Below, one piece after another: positions 27,265 through 40,928 of a DNA stretch of 64,000 nucleotides. The position numbers and the translations under genes were made by a program. The notes beneath the pieces were generated by a model, which was not told the origin of the DNA, did not search any database, and saw only the letters and a list, made by a program, of their open reading frames with translations. The number at the start of each line of letters is the position of its first letter. Position 1 is the first letter of the stretch. Where the stretch lies: NCBI GenBank assembly GCA_964187785.1, contig OZ076421.1:50778001-50842000 (forward strand). The letters run 5' to 3'. The stretch is from Amphiscolops sp. MND2022 (taxonomy: Eukaryota).

Positions 27265-30200
27265 AACAACCGGGAATTTTTGAAAAAGAAAAATTATCTG
27301 CACCTTTGGAGTGGTGTGTTTCAAGTGGTTTTGTTTCAGTTTGAGATGGTTATAGAGTTTTATTTTCTTCTTCCAAAGAGCATGTATGATACTTAACGAG
27401 TGAGAACAACCTAGGACAGTTTAACTTCTTATGTTTTAGACGGTTCACTTTGTTGCAAAGTTTTTGAGGTCACAGAGTTTGACTGACAGTTTCGTTCAAG
27501 TTATTGTTTGACAACTTCTCTCTTTGACCATGAATCTTGTAAGTATCTTTTCATCAGCTTGCAAAAAAGAAAGTTCTTCAGGTGATCTTTCAGGAGTGAA
27601 ACATTTTTGTATTCGAAGAATTATGACAAAGTTGTCAATGAGTTATGAACCAACATTGGCAGGTAGTGAACAAAAATTGAAGAAGTCAACCAAAGTTCTA
27701 TTTCATTTTCCACGAAAGTGAAGAATAGGAGTGAGCGCTGAAAAAGTGTTTCAAACCTTAAAGTAAAGGAGCTTAGATCTCAAGTGAAAATCTTAAGTTG
27801 TCTCTTTTTGTGTTCTGTCAGAAAAACAACGATAATTTTTTAGAAGTATTGAAGTGTTCTGAAAAGATTTTTGTACCATAAAAAGAAAACTATACAAGAT
27901 TGTATTAGGTGTAATAAGGGAGAAATTTTGCAATAAGCACTATGTAAAAATATACGGATAGAAGGTTACAAGGGTACATACGATATTCTACAGATTACAA
28001 GAATATTGTAGCACTAAATTAAATATGGGTTATAAGAATACATATGACTAGCATCAAAAATAATGAATCTATGGGTCATTAAAGGACATCTTATTAGCAT
28101 CATTACTATGGGAAATATGGGTTATAAGGTTAAATAAGATGATGATTACAAAAAATAGATCGAAAGTTTAGAGTTAAAATAAAGAATTAGTCTGAAAGTT
28201 TAAAATTCGAAACAGTTTTGACGGAATGGTGATTAGATTTGGAGTGATGAATTGACGATCTGCCAAGAAATCAAGAGTGATGATAGCATGATCCGCAAAG
28301 ACGTGAAGACTGATGACGTTGAAGAAGAGCAACGTTAAAGAGGTTGGAGCCGGCCAGGAAGTGAAGAATGAGGCTTGTCGTGTGGGAGTTAGGAGTAGAA
28401 GATTGACGTCAATCGCTGACTTGCTACATGATTTGAGTATCAAAAAGGAGAGCGAGAAGGAAGACATGAGTGAGGTGAATAAGTGATGGTAATGTTTCCA
28501 GAAAATGGATGTTTTTGTGGTGGTTGGACATGGTGCTTAGTCGGATTGTACGGCTATAACTGTTGGGTGAAGCCAACTTCAAGCATTGTGGAGTTAAATG
28601 CGTCGCGAGTTTCTACCAGAGTATGTTGGAAATAAGTATCGTTTCTTTTGAATGAGGTGTTGAATACGAAAACTGAATCAGAGGTAGTTTCACATACTGC
28701 AATTTAGGATCCATCCATGTGGAATCGATAACATTGCTCAAACAAAATACGTTTTTTCTTTTTTTTGACCGACGTTATAAAGCAATTTAAGGAAGGCTTT
28801 TTTTCGTGGATGGAGTCATTTTGTCACTATTACTTTCTTGTGGCAGTTTGAACGCCATTGTGTGCAATATAGCGGCTTTGAGGCTCTTTGCATTGGTAGG
28901 TGGAAGTGACTTTTCTGGTTCTAGAGTTGCCATTGGAAGAGAACGGAAGAACAGAGGCAACTGGATAATCCTGATAGAAGGAAGTGGCTGAAGAGGATTG
29001 AGAAAGATTCTGATAAAATGATGTGGTGGTCGATGTGGTGGTCGGTGTGGTAAGCCAAGAAGGCAACAAAGTAGGAGGCCGAGAAAGAGCAGTTTCTGAA
29101 ACAAGAAGAATCTGAATACATCGAATCATTTTTTTAGTTGTGTACTATATGGTGCTATATGATTGTTATATATTTTGAAGTGCTTCTAGGTTGAAGAAAA
29201 GTTCTACATTGTATATGATAACAAAGTTGCAAGCAACTTCAAGAGCATGAAAAATGCGCTATATTGAGTGAAGCAAAAAGTTCAAAGGAACTTCAAGAGC
29301 GTGAAAAAAGTGTGATATATTGAGTAAAGCAAAAAATTCAATGGAACTGAAATAGATTGAAAAGGAATGTGCTATGGTGTATCATAAAAAATGACACTGT
29401 TCTGAACGGAGTGTAAATTGCTTACCTGTAGATTGGATACAAAACAGAAGAAAACTGCCAGAACATCCGAGGTGTTCCAAAATTGAAACAAAAATGTTTT
29501 ACTTGTAGAATGTTGACTAGTTATTTGAAGGAAAAAAGAGTATTCAATGATTTGAGAGTAGATTGGATAGCTTGTGAGGATTGATTAAATATTTGAGAGT
29601 CTAGATTCAGCGATGGAAGGAGTTTTGAAGTTCGTTCATAATGGTGTAGAAGTCTAGTGAGAGTTGTGAGAGGTGTATCATTTGATCTTTTGTACGGTTC
29701 AAGCTTTTCATCTATGTCTTTGAGAGTGTGAAGACTAAGCATGACAGTCAGTTTGTCAGTGGTAGTTTGTGATGTTCTTGAAGGAGGTTTATGGCGTTCT
29801 ACGCGTTCACGTTCTATATGAGTCGATTTGTGTTCTGAAATTTGTTCTAATTTGACCACAAATGAAATAACTCTTGCAGAGATGAAATAAAATTCATTAT
29901 ACGAGTACGATTGTTTTGACAAAACTGTTTAACAAGATGTATCTTTATCTTCAAGAGGTGATGAAACAAGATGTTTGAAAACAGTGAGTGGTTTGACTAT
30001 TACTGTAGGAATGTTGCAGGGCAACAAAAAATCGTCGAAAAGTTCCAATTATTCTTGAGGTACTTTCCGTGGTCAAAAATTATCCTTGTGAGGAAGGAGG
30101 TAAAAGTACTGTTTTATGGGAGTATATTTTCAGAGATTTTCCGTAATTTTGGAGTGGGCAATCGTATTTAGATTGGTCATAGTGAAAGGAGAAGTGTACA

Positions 30201-31122
30201 TATAATTGGCAAAAATATAGTTCTGTGGTTTTTTGTACTGTAGGAATTTTGTATAAATTTGATGATGAGTGACTGTTTGTGCAACTGGAAGAAAGGACGG
30301 ATCACTTTCATGCGTTTGCAAGTCAATATGGACGGGCGAAGAAAATTAATTTGTAGTGAGAAATCTTCAACCCCATTATCAAGCCATTATTGGTATGGCG
30401 ACGTTATTTTAGAGACCATAGAGGTAAACAAAGTCTTGATTTTTGTCATATAGTTTGAAAGTATAGTCGGTAGGGTGCATATACAATGAAGTGAGTTGCA
30501 TTTTAAATATGAAACGATCCGGGGAGAGGAGTGGTATTAAATGATCGTCTTTAGAACTTATCATTAATAGAGAAAGAATGTTTAGAATGTAATATTGGTG
30601 GATCTATTGGTGAAAAAAGAAGTGCAGGGTCATTCTTCATTTCATATTGCTTTTTCTGAGGTGGAGGTGTTCCATGAGATTGTTCATAATTATTTGATTC
30701 TGGATGAGTTTGATGTTCGATTGGTTCAGTACGAGAATTTTGTTCAGAATTGGCAACCGATGGTTCTTGGTCCATGGCTTCGAGAAAGAGAATTGGAGAA
30801 TCGTTATATAAAAGTTGAGCTGTACAATCAGTATTTTTAGTTCTAGGTCAAGTTGTGCCTGTGTCACATTTATTTTTGAAGAAATTTTTTTCTAGAGAGT
30901 ATATTCAGTTTGAGTTTTTGGTGGAGGAGCAAGAACTCGAACTTTTAATGAGTGATTGTTCGGGCGATGATCTCTATTACAGGGGTGATCTCTAGTTGAG
31001 GAAGGAGCTCAATCTTGGAAAACTAGAGAGAGGTGTAGAATGAAGAAACATGATGAGAACTTAAAAGTGTTGTTTTGTTTCTTAATTTGGTCAAGAACGG
31101 CTATTGTCACAGAAGTAAGGAG

Positions 31123-33540
31123 TCAGAATGACAAATTCGAAAAAGATGGCGAGAATAAGTTAAATTGTGTCATCTTTGGATTTCGTTTCAGACGTATTGT
31201 ATAGAGAGGTGGTGGCGAACAAATACCACAAGGTTTATTAGGAGTAATTGTTGAATCATCTGAGGTGTCAGAAGATTCATCCAAAGGGTTTTCAATTATA
31301 GTTGACAGTTGATGTGAACTTTCAAAGGGTGGTAATGGTATTCGAGCATGAGAACCGTTTAGGTTTTTTATCATTTCGGTGGTACTACTAATAAAAAAAA
31401 CTATGTGCTATCGAACGAAGAACAGTGCTATTTTGTTCAAGATAATATTAATTGAAATTGTTTGTACAGTTTTATGAGAAGTGTAATAAGACTTTGTATG
31501 AAAAGAAATGCCGAAAAACAAATTCTACATTGAGTGAGGATATAACATGGATATCCAAATAGTGAGATAAAAGCATCGGAAAATCAAGTAGGTGTAAAAA
31601 GTGGAGTTAAATTAAGGAGTTAATCATGTAGTCCAATACAAGGTGAATTGTGAGGATTAGTCTGAGAAACGTGTGAATCTGATTAGTCTGGAGTATTGGC
31701 AGAAATGAATGAATAACTAAGGGATTTTCCAAGTAATTGAAGTGTTGTATCATAATAAGTTAAGAAAAGTATTCTGTTCCAAGGTTCTGCATTAGAATAT
31801 ATGTCTGCATCTTGGGCTGTCAATGTATGGGGTCGTACCGTAGGTTTAATTTGAGATCGTGTGAACATAAGTGGTGGCTCACGTTTTATTGGTTTGGGTC
31901 CAAGAATGTATAAGTCTTGATCATCCCAATCTGGATCGAGTTCAATAATGTTTCGTGGATTATTATCACATTTCCTCGGAGTAGCATAGTCATGTTTGTC
32001 GTGTAATAGGGTTAACTTTATAAGGGCATCTTTGAAGTGGATAGGTATACGATCGAAACAACGATCAGCTTTCTATAACAGTGAAAGAATTTGTGGACCA
32101 CCATAAAGCCAAACAGTGGAACCTTCAACGTACAAACTTTGAAAAACTACATTACAGTGCATCTGCAAGCTTTTTCTGAGCGTTTTGCGGAAATCAGGAC
32201 ACGAAATCTGGGATTACTTCCCCAAGTAGTACTCTATACTGTTAATCGGAATTCGGCAAGTATTGAGTTTTCTACTGACATTGCGAGTTTTGTAAGGAGT
32301 TGATTTCGTTCTCATCCGCAAACTGTATGAATTGTATTCAGTTCTTGTAATGTCATTGAGCGAAAAACTTGAATAATTGTGTAATCAATTCTTGTACTAA
32401 GATGTGCAACGTAGTCGATTGTAGCAAAAATTTTTGAAATATTTAGTGCAATAATTTCTCTGAAATGTATTCATTTGAAACTGAAAGGGAATTTGGTTGT
32501 CCTGTATGCACGTCGAAGCCATTGGTATCTGTAACAGAAAGGTCGGAATGTTGTGTTGCATATAGAGGTTCTTGATACTGCTAGAGAAAGCTTGGGCATG
32601 TGGAAAAAATTCAAAACGGGAAAGACTAGGATTATGTGGGATTTGTGTATGCGGCGCGTGTATATATGGAAAACGAGTTTCTTTGATACCATATGTAGTG
32701 TCAGATTTATTAGGCAAAGTTGAGTGTACGATAAAATCCCTTTTAATCCAAAAACTGTCTTCATTTTTGTCATTTGTCCAAAAAAGTTTTGTAATGTAAA
32801 GACAAGTCAAAAACCATGAATAAACCAAACTAAAGTAAAAGAGATTTTGTGGTTGGTTTACAGAAACCATCGGCAAAGTAACATGGTAATGTATGACCAT
32901 CAGTGATTATAACATTTTCAGTATCATCATATGTAAGATCTGTTTCAGAAATTTGAAGTCTTCAACTGACTAAATTGACTTCAAACTAGTGATGTGCTGG
33001 ACAGCTATGTAAGGGGTTGCTGAGTGGATCATAAAGCCAAGTTTTATCGGCAGGCATGATTGTGAATGTACCAGTTCATATTGTGTTGAATTTATAGACA
33101 GTAAAAGGGGTTTGAAATCGTTCTAATTGTTCTGGGAAGTAATGATCTTCCATGATAGTAAAAGTTTTGTTATAATTAAAACTGTTCAATACTTTATTAT
33201 TAGTACCATTAAGATGTCTAATTAAATTTTTACATTCTAGAGGGTCAAGTGTAACTGGAAGAGGCACTGTGTTATGATTCCATTCAGTTCTTATGATTCT
33301 TTACACTTCTAGAGGGTCAGGTGTAACTGGAAGAGCCACTGTGTTATGATTCCATTCAGTCCATTCCATTCCTAAAACACACCGGTAATTAACTGAACCT
33401 TGAAAACATATCTTCTTTTTCGCATGAGCTTCACACTTGAATGCTTTAACTTTTAGCTTTAGCACGAACCTAGACTCTAGCATTGACGTTAGCATGTTGT
33501 ATATTGGATGGGGCTTTGTTTCACCTTTATTAGGTTAAAC
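31123..33540 (-). pseudogene. Putative envelope/glycoprotein-like ORF relic downstream of integrase
   Basis: Cys-containing ectodomain-like fragments (AFKCEAHAKK, LDPLECKNLIRHLNGT, TLPCYFADGFCKP), N-x-T sequons, hydrophobic stretch near 31400 followed by a Ser/Pro-rich tail. Confidence 0.45.
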
Positions 33541-35035
33541 TGGCGAAAGTTGTTTTTCACAGCCATAACGAGTAACCATCAAACTTTGATATTTGGATCA
33601 TCAGATGGAATATAATTATCATTATCAGTTAGTTCAATAGGAATGGCGTATGCACTATATTTATATAAATAAGGTAGAATATGTATTATAAAGAGGAGTA
33701 GTCTTGTGTTAAAAAGATGTAGTATATTTGAGTCCAGAAATTGGGTTGCAGAAAACGATTTGCCATGAGCTAGATCAGGAAGATTTGGATCGCTGTGAAA
33801 CTCGATATAGGTTACAATGAAGGGAGCAGGAGTCGTTTTCTGCTTGAAAAATGGGATATGAATTTACACCGTTGAATTTCACTTTAACTTCAAACTTGAG
33901 TTCTAGGTTAGGGCTTTGAAGTCTTTTAGGTTCTGTTTCTTTTCGTTTAGTTGAAAGAGTATCGTTGTTATAAAGAAGCGTTCTGTGAGAATAGTTCTAG
34001 CGTTCTGTGAGAATCGAGGATCGGATTGATGTTCGTATATAGTTGTGCCATTAACACGTAGTGGACAGTTAGCGAAGTTTTGATTTTGAGGTCTGTGTTT
34101 TAAAATCTACCGGAATTCGTACGTGGGTTGCTACAGAAACAGGAAAGAGCACTTCAGAAAAGAGGTTACCAGAGAGGTATTCTGGTTGAACGTCAGAAGA
34201 AAGTAAAGAAGCAGAGTCTACACCAGATGTAAAATAGTGTGGAACGAAGTCTGATGAAAGTGTGGTACTTGAGCCTGTGGAAAGAAGTTGAACGTGTTAT
34301 CGAACAAGTCGAAGAGCGAAATTACCTGATACAGATGGAAGATGCAAAGTTGAGGTATCAGTACTAAGTCTGCATGAAGGAAGAGGTTTAAGATTGTATC
34401 TATGTTGAGGAACCAGAATATAACTCTGGGATTCTTGAGATGGTATATAATCGGGTTCTTGTGAAGTGGTTTCAAGAAGGTTAGATAAGGAAGTAGAGGT
34501 TTTACGAAGAGGTTTTAAAGGTGGAAAAAGTTTAGATTGCGTAGAACATTCAGTCAGAGAGTTGGTGTAATGAAGGTAGAGTAAATTCAAAATTAGGTGT
34601 TTGTACAACATCGAGTTGTGTTTGTTGTCTTTTAAATCTAATAGCAGTAGGTTGTCTGTAAGTAACAAATCTTGTTACAGTTTCTGGTTCTGGTATATAA
34701 ATTGGTATATCAAATACGGATGGTGGTAGTGGTAGTGGTTGAGATCTAGGTGTAATAAGTATTTAAGATAGTTACGGGTGGTCGAATAGTATTTGAAGTT
34801 GTAGGAGGAAAACGAGTACTAGAAGTTGTTATAAAAGATGTGTCTACAATGTGTGATTTTGGTCGTTTAAGGTGGTCAAGGTGGTTACATTGCGGGTTTG
34901 AGATGTGATAGGTGTTTGTGACTCTGAGGCTCGGAGCAGAAGGAGAAGTTTCAGATGAAGAGTCCAGGATGAGAGCTTTTGGCTAGAATTTAAGATTTGA
35001 AAACTTCAAGCGAAAAGGTAATTTTGAGCGACTGA

Positions 35036-38000
35036 TCAGGAGTCGTAAATATTGGATTGAGGTATGAAGAGTTGATAATCTTTTCGTGGTTGGTGTCTCA
35101 GATTATAATGGGATTTGGTTTGTCGCGTAATGGGACTCTGATAAATTGGTTTGTCATTTTGAGAATATGGCGTTTTCTTCAGGAGGGATTTGATTGATGT
35201 GTCTTCATAGGATACGTTATAGTGAAAGATAGGGTTTGACGATAGATTATGTGTGGATAAAGAAACCTCTTGTGAAGATGTATCACCGGAAAGTGTGTCT
35301 TCTGAGTTGAACGGAGATGAGTCATATTTGGCATATTTATTGGGTTTTCGAGTGTCATATAGGATGGAGTCCGAAAAACGCATGAAGTTACTAAGATGAC
35401 GGTATAAAAGTGTTTTTTTGGATAATAAGGTATCAAGTGGTTACTATGTGTCTGAAAGGTGGAATCATCTTGAACGAAGTTCATAAGTCACATCTAAAAG
35501 TCTATCGAGTATTTTATATGGGCCAATCCGAAGCGGTTTAGGTTTGTCTGAAAAACGAACTTGTGAAAAAATGCGTTTGGTACAAAAGTTCCAAGAGGAA
35601 GAGGTTTTCCTTCATGGTAGGTTTTTGTAATATTTACTTGAGAGCTAACTTTGCGTACAGTGTAGTCATATACGCTGAAATAGATTTGTAACATAGCTGT
35701 ATCTACAGCGAGAAACCATTGTGGGAGATATTTAGAGAGTGTTCTATAAAAGAATGGATTAAGGTCGGTTTTATCATGATGAGAGTGTTCAGGTAATTCT
35801 GATGAAAATTGTCAAATACAGGTTTTGTTTACATCTCGGCTGAGCTTTAGGTCGAATGTGAGTAGAATTCGAGGACGTGTGTGAAAAACTATTTCATAAG
35901 GAGGAACGTTTAAAGCAGGTTGCGAGTTGTGGCCATAAGGGTACATGTGGATTTGATAAGCTCAATCTTTTGGTGAGTTTAGTAGGAACAAACGATTATG
36001 TGTGCCAAGATTTTTGTTTTGTACTTCAACTTGTCCATGCGTCCAAAACACAAATTTGTCCCAGCAGAGTAAGTTGTTCTAGGAGCGTGACGAATTCCCA
36101 TGAGAGTGCAAAGTTGTGCCATATCAGTATTAATCTATTCTGACCCGTGGTCAGTGACTAGGTATATGGATGGACCAAATTTGACTTTCCAGTGTTGTAG
36201 AAGTGATTCAACAACAGTTTTGGCGGTATTTGATTTTATAGGAACAGTAACAACAAAGTGACTGAAATTGTCTACGATTACATGAATGTTAGATTTGTTC
36301 TGTGAAAGCGGGTTGATAGGGCCTTTTGTGTCCATTGAAAGTCTGTAAGTGAAGGAAGGAGCGTGTTCAGAAAAAGATTGTACTGGAGCTTTTTGGATCT
36401 GTCGACTGAATTGTTGTTACGTTGGCATTCGAAAAAACCATGTACGAAAATGGAAAGCAATTTTTCAAGGAAAAGATTTTAATATAATTGTGAGAAAGTA
36501 CTTTATCAATTTTAATACCAGTATGGCAGTGGTCATGGAGTTCAATATTAGTTGTTTTGAAGAGTTTGAACGGGAGACAGATTTTTAAAAGATGTTTAAG
36601 AGGATTAGCAAACAAATCTGTATTAGTTTTTGAATAAAGTTTACTAAGAATCGTAGAGTCATCAAGGAAGAATTGTGAGAAAATTTTCTAATAAGCATGT
36701 AAAAATGGAGTACCAGTATTTGAGGTGTTAAGGAGTTTGGTTTGGTGTTCTGTGTTATCCAATAATATACTAGTTTGAGTGCTGGGCCTTGTTCCTGTTG
36801 TTGTTTAAGAGTAATTATATCTAAAGAGTAGTCGTCTGGTAAGAAAAAGACCTTGAAAATAGTTTGTGTAATTAAAGAATGATGGGTCATAAAGTGGAAT
36901 GATTTGTGAACAATGTGTTGAAAGTTTGATAGGTTATTGTGTTTCAATTGCATTTGTAGAATGAGTATCGGAATTTGGGGTTGGAATTGTAGAAAAATTT
37001 TCGGTATTGATAGAAGTGTCAGTTGTAAAAAGTGTTGATACTTTGAAGTGTCAGGTGTAAAAGGTGTAAAATATTTGTCGTGTTTTTGATGGGTATTTTA
37101 AATTTGGGTTGAAAGGGTGCAAGGAATTTGAAGTAAAAAGAGTCTATAGGTTTAACTATGACATCATTACCTTTGTCATTAATACGTATTGAAAATTAGT
37201 CTGTGCCATAATCAGCAAGAATAGAATGACAATCATATTTTTGATGAGGTAAAACTTCTTCGTGTTTGATTAAGTAATGTCAAGGTTTAAGTGTGGTTTT
37301 GTAAAATTGCGAAATCAATTTGTGGAGGTAGTTGTTTGTTTAAGTTGGTTAAATTGGAGTTCAGTTTTTGTAAAAGAGCGACTGAGCATGTCAGCAACAG
37401 AAAGGTTTTTTCCTGGTGTATGAATGATTTTAAGGAGAGTTTTGCTAATTGCATTTGAGCACGATAAAATAGTGGAGTTATAATTGCCTTCCTTTGTGAA
37501 ACAATGTAAGAGGTTTGTGATCTGTAACAATAAGTGTTGCATGTGGAGATCCAATAATGAGGAGTTCATATATTTGAAGTGCCTGTACAATACCGAGTAG
37601 TTCACGGCCGAGTGTTGACAATTCTTGTTTTTGAGGGTTTAGAATACTGAAGTTATACGAAATTACTTCCGTTTTGTGATCTTCATTAACTTGGAAGAGG
37701 ACGGCACCTAGTCCAATTAAGGAAACATCGACAGTAACAAATAATGCATGTTTTGTCTTGGGTATTGTAAGTTCAGTATCAGATGTAAGAGAGGACACTT
37801 CATGTAAGAGGAGTGTCCAGTTCCATGGAGTGTTTTCGTGTAGAAGATCGTAAAACGGTTTGAACATAATGTGTAACTTTTCAATAAATTTCGTATGAGT
37901 TGAGTCCACCTATGAAACTAATAAGAGCAACTTTACCAGTAGGAGATGGGAGTTCGTGAATAGCAGCATTTTTTCAGTGATTAGGTTTTATTGTATTATA

Positions 38001-39330
38001 ACCAATTTCATGTCCAAGGAACTTGACTTTGGCTACCAAAAATAATGTTTTTTCCGGAGCCAATTTGAGGTTGTGTTTTGTGCTAATTAAGTGAAGTTGT
38101 TGTGTAAGTTTGAACATGTAATCTTTCGAGTTAGAAACAAGTAATATAACATCAATATAGACAAGTGCTAAAATTGGTCAATAAGTGTTCTGAAGAGGGA
38201 TGACATTTGTTTTGTGAAGAAAATAGGAAGACCTTTCGGACAATAAAATCATCGTATAAAAGCAAAAAGTTTGTTTCTTGGTGAGAAACTTGTAAGTTGT
38301 ATTGTCTCTTCTTCAAGAGGAGTATGAGCATAGGCGTACGTAAGATCTATTGCACCTTTGTACATTTGTTTGCGCGTGCAAGTTGAGGAGCAAGAGGTTT
38401 AATAGGCCAAGATTGTTCTGCGTTGGAGTTCAGGTGTCGTGTGTCTAATACACATTTTGATAGTCTCCTTTTGGTATTATAATCAGTGGATTCAAATAAG
38501 TGGTACCATATGTGGGTTTATCAAGTGGTGAAGAACCAAATTGTTTATTGGTATGTTTTTCAAGTTCTTTCAAGATGAGCAATCAATTTGTCTCGGTAAT
38601 GTTTTGGAACTTTAGAGGGACGTTGTGTCATATGTTGGGTGTTAGCTTTAGGTTGTATGCGAAATGAAGTAGAAATTTTATGAGTTGCATTATAATTTTG
38701 GTGTTTTATTTAAAAGTTACAAAGTGTTACATATTCAGTATCTGTTAAGTCAGAAAATTGTAACTTGAATTTGTTTATAAATTTTAGGTTTTCTATAGTG
38801 TAAGGAAGAAAAGGGAAGATACGTGGTTTTGTATTAAGAGAAAAAGATTGAACGTTATAAAGAGAATTGGGTGTAATTGATGTTATAGATCGGTCTGTCC
38901 TAAAAATTTGATTTAGTGAACATTGTGAAGAATAATATGTATCTTCAGTATATTGAGGAGCATAATTTGTAGGTACAAGGGGTTCTATACTTTCGGGATG
39001 GTATGAATGAGCAACATTGTGAACTAACGAATTGATGTCATGAACTTGATAATGTTTAGGTTTTTTGATTGTGATAGGAACTTCAATGTAACCAATGTTT
39101 CCAGGAGGCAGAGTAGCAACGTGATTTGTTGAGTTTTGTATAATAGTGGCGCATGTGTCGGGTTTATGTTCGTTGACTGTTTGGTGTGTATCATGGACGG
39201 TGTCTTGTGGATAATGAAGTGTTTGAATATGTTCAGTTTGTGGTGTAGTTATGTTATAATTGTAATAAGGATTTTCAATGGTTGTATCAGAAGATATATA
39301 TTTTCTACTATCAGATGTTTCAAACTAATC
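35036..39330 (-). pseudogene. gypsy pol (RT, RNase H, integrase), frameshifted
   Basis: CVLDTRHLN, IDLTYAYAHTPL, LVYID; VTVDVSLIGLGAVLFQ, RELLGIVQAL, TDHKPL; MDTKGPINP, IVDNFSHFVV, LVTDHGSE. Confidence 0.88.
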
Positions 39331-39953
39331 AACAAGAAAACTAGGATCGAACGATTTGGTCTAAAAATAAGGTGTATGTAGTGTTGTAGAATCTATGAAG
39401 CAGGGGTCTATGAGGAAGAACACAAAGAGGAATTATTATATTGAGTATCATAAGGTATTTAAATGTAAAATTGTTTTCGAATTTGGGTAAGGAAGGAATG
39501 ACTGTAAGTTTGTTCTAAAATTTGGGTATAAAAGGACTAAGAATTGATCAAAAATTAGTGCACGACCTGCAATGAATGCAAAGAAAAACCATAGAAGTAT
39601 GATGGAATTTACAAGATCATCAGCTGAAGGCATTCGTTAAAATAGGTTTATAATGTATTACAAAGTTTTTCGTTCAATACTTTGTAATAGAATATGTAAT
39701 ATATTTTGTATGATATATTTTTGAATGTTCTATACTATGTAGTATAAGAATATTCAACAATATGTAATACAATATATCTGTAATATAGTTTTGTACATTA
39801 TATTTGTAAGATAGTTTTGTATAAGAAATTTGTAATATAGTAATGTGTTTATATCCGTGGCAGTATTTAAAGATTTCAAGAAAGGTGTGCTAACTCAAAA
39901 GGCGTTGATCCAAAATTAGACCAGCAGGAATTGTCGGTAGCACTTTTGAAAAA

Positions 39954-40257
39954 CCAACACGTAGCGCACGTCTGCGGTTGGTACGTTAAGGAAACCAACA
40001 CGAATCACTTTTGCAGTGGTTGGAACGGAAAAAGATTTTTACCAACACGTATCACTATTGTAGTGGTTGGAAGGAAGGTTATTTGATTAACACGTATCAC
40101 ATTTATTGTGGTTGGAACGGAAAGAAATGACCAACACGTATCACTTTTGAAAAAGGGTTGGAACGTTGAAGAAAGTGACTGACAGGAAATACGTGTGTTA
40201 CGTAGTCAGAACTATACCAGCACGAATGAATTTTGAAGGAAAATTGGTTGGAACCTT
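39954..40257 (-). repeat. Leader array of six stem-loop repeats (element B)
   Basis: CCAACACG...GTTGG units corresponding in order to those at 12974-13280. Confidence 0.8.
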
Positions 40258-40368
40258 GAGCTAAAACCTGTAGAAAAGACTGTGTAACGAATCTTAAGCT
40301 AAAACCTGTAGGAGAGACTGTTTAACGAACCTTAAGCTAAAACCTGTAGGAGAGACTGTGTAACGAAC
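40258..40368. repeat. ~36-bp tandem repeat x3 in the leader (AAGCTAAAACCTGTAGGAGAGACTGTGTAACGAA)
   Basis: Direct reading. Confidence 0.85.
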
Positions 40369-40471
40369 AAAGAAATAGCGCATGAAAAGTTGTACAAGAA
40401 AGTATGTACAAGAGGTATGAATTTGTGGAACAAAAAGAAGAGAGAGAAGAGAATTTCTTGGTTGCACCAAA

Positions 40472-40928
40472 TGTGCTGCTTAGACTTTGTGCAAGGTTAT
40501 TTTGTAGATTTTTCAAGGTATACATAAGAAGTTCTTAAGTCCTAAGCTAAGCCGTCGTCGAGTTAACACTTTTCTTTCAAGTTTCATTAGAACTACTCCA
40601 CTAAGAAACTAAGAGACAGAAAGACTGAGATCTTTCTCTTCTTAAATGAGAAGGCTTCTAGAATCAAAGAATCGATCTATACTTCTGATGGGTTAGTTAC
40701 AATAATAGTCAACTTCCTTGTTTATTAAGATTAGATATAATTCAAATCAGTCTACGATGACAACAGTAAGATTAGATCTATACTGATTTAGTCACCAAAT
40801 GTCAGCATTCTAATACTGAAGTAATAACTTCTAAATGAAGAAGTGACATATGTCAAGTTATTAGGTCAAGAGTTTAGATACCTTTCAAGATTATGAAAAT
40901 ACTTAAGGACATGCATCGTGGCATCACA
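40472..40928 (-). repeat. 5' LTR of element B (457 bp), PBS TGGTGCAACCAAG at 40457-40469
   Basis: Minus-strand TGTGATGCC start and GCACA end, followed by a TGG motif. Confidence 0.85.

Larger units (their letters stand above)
27265..40928 (-). mobile_element. Large Ty3/gypsy-like element B, degenerate: LTR, PBS, leader, RT-RH-INT, env-like region and extra 3' ORF relics; gag/protease missing
   Basis: RT, RNase H and integrase motifs in gypsy order; continuous strand bias; left boundary uncertain. Confidence 0.8.
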
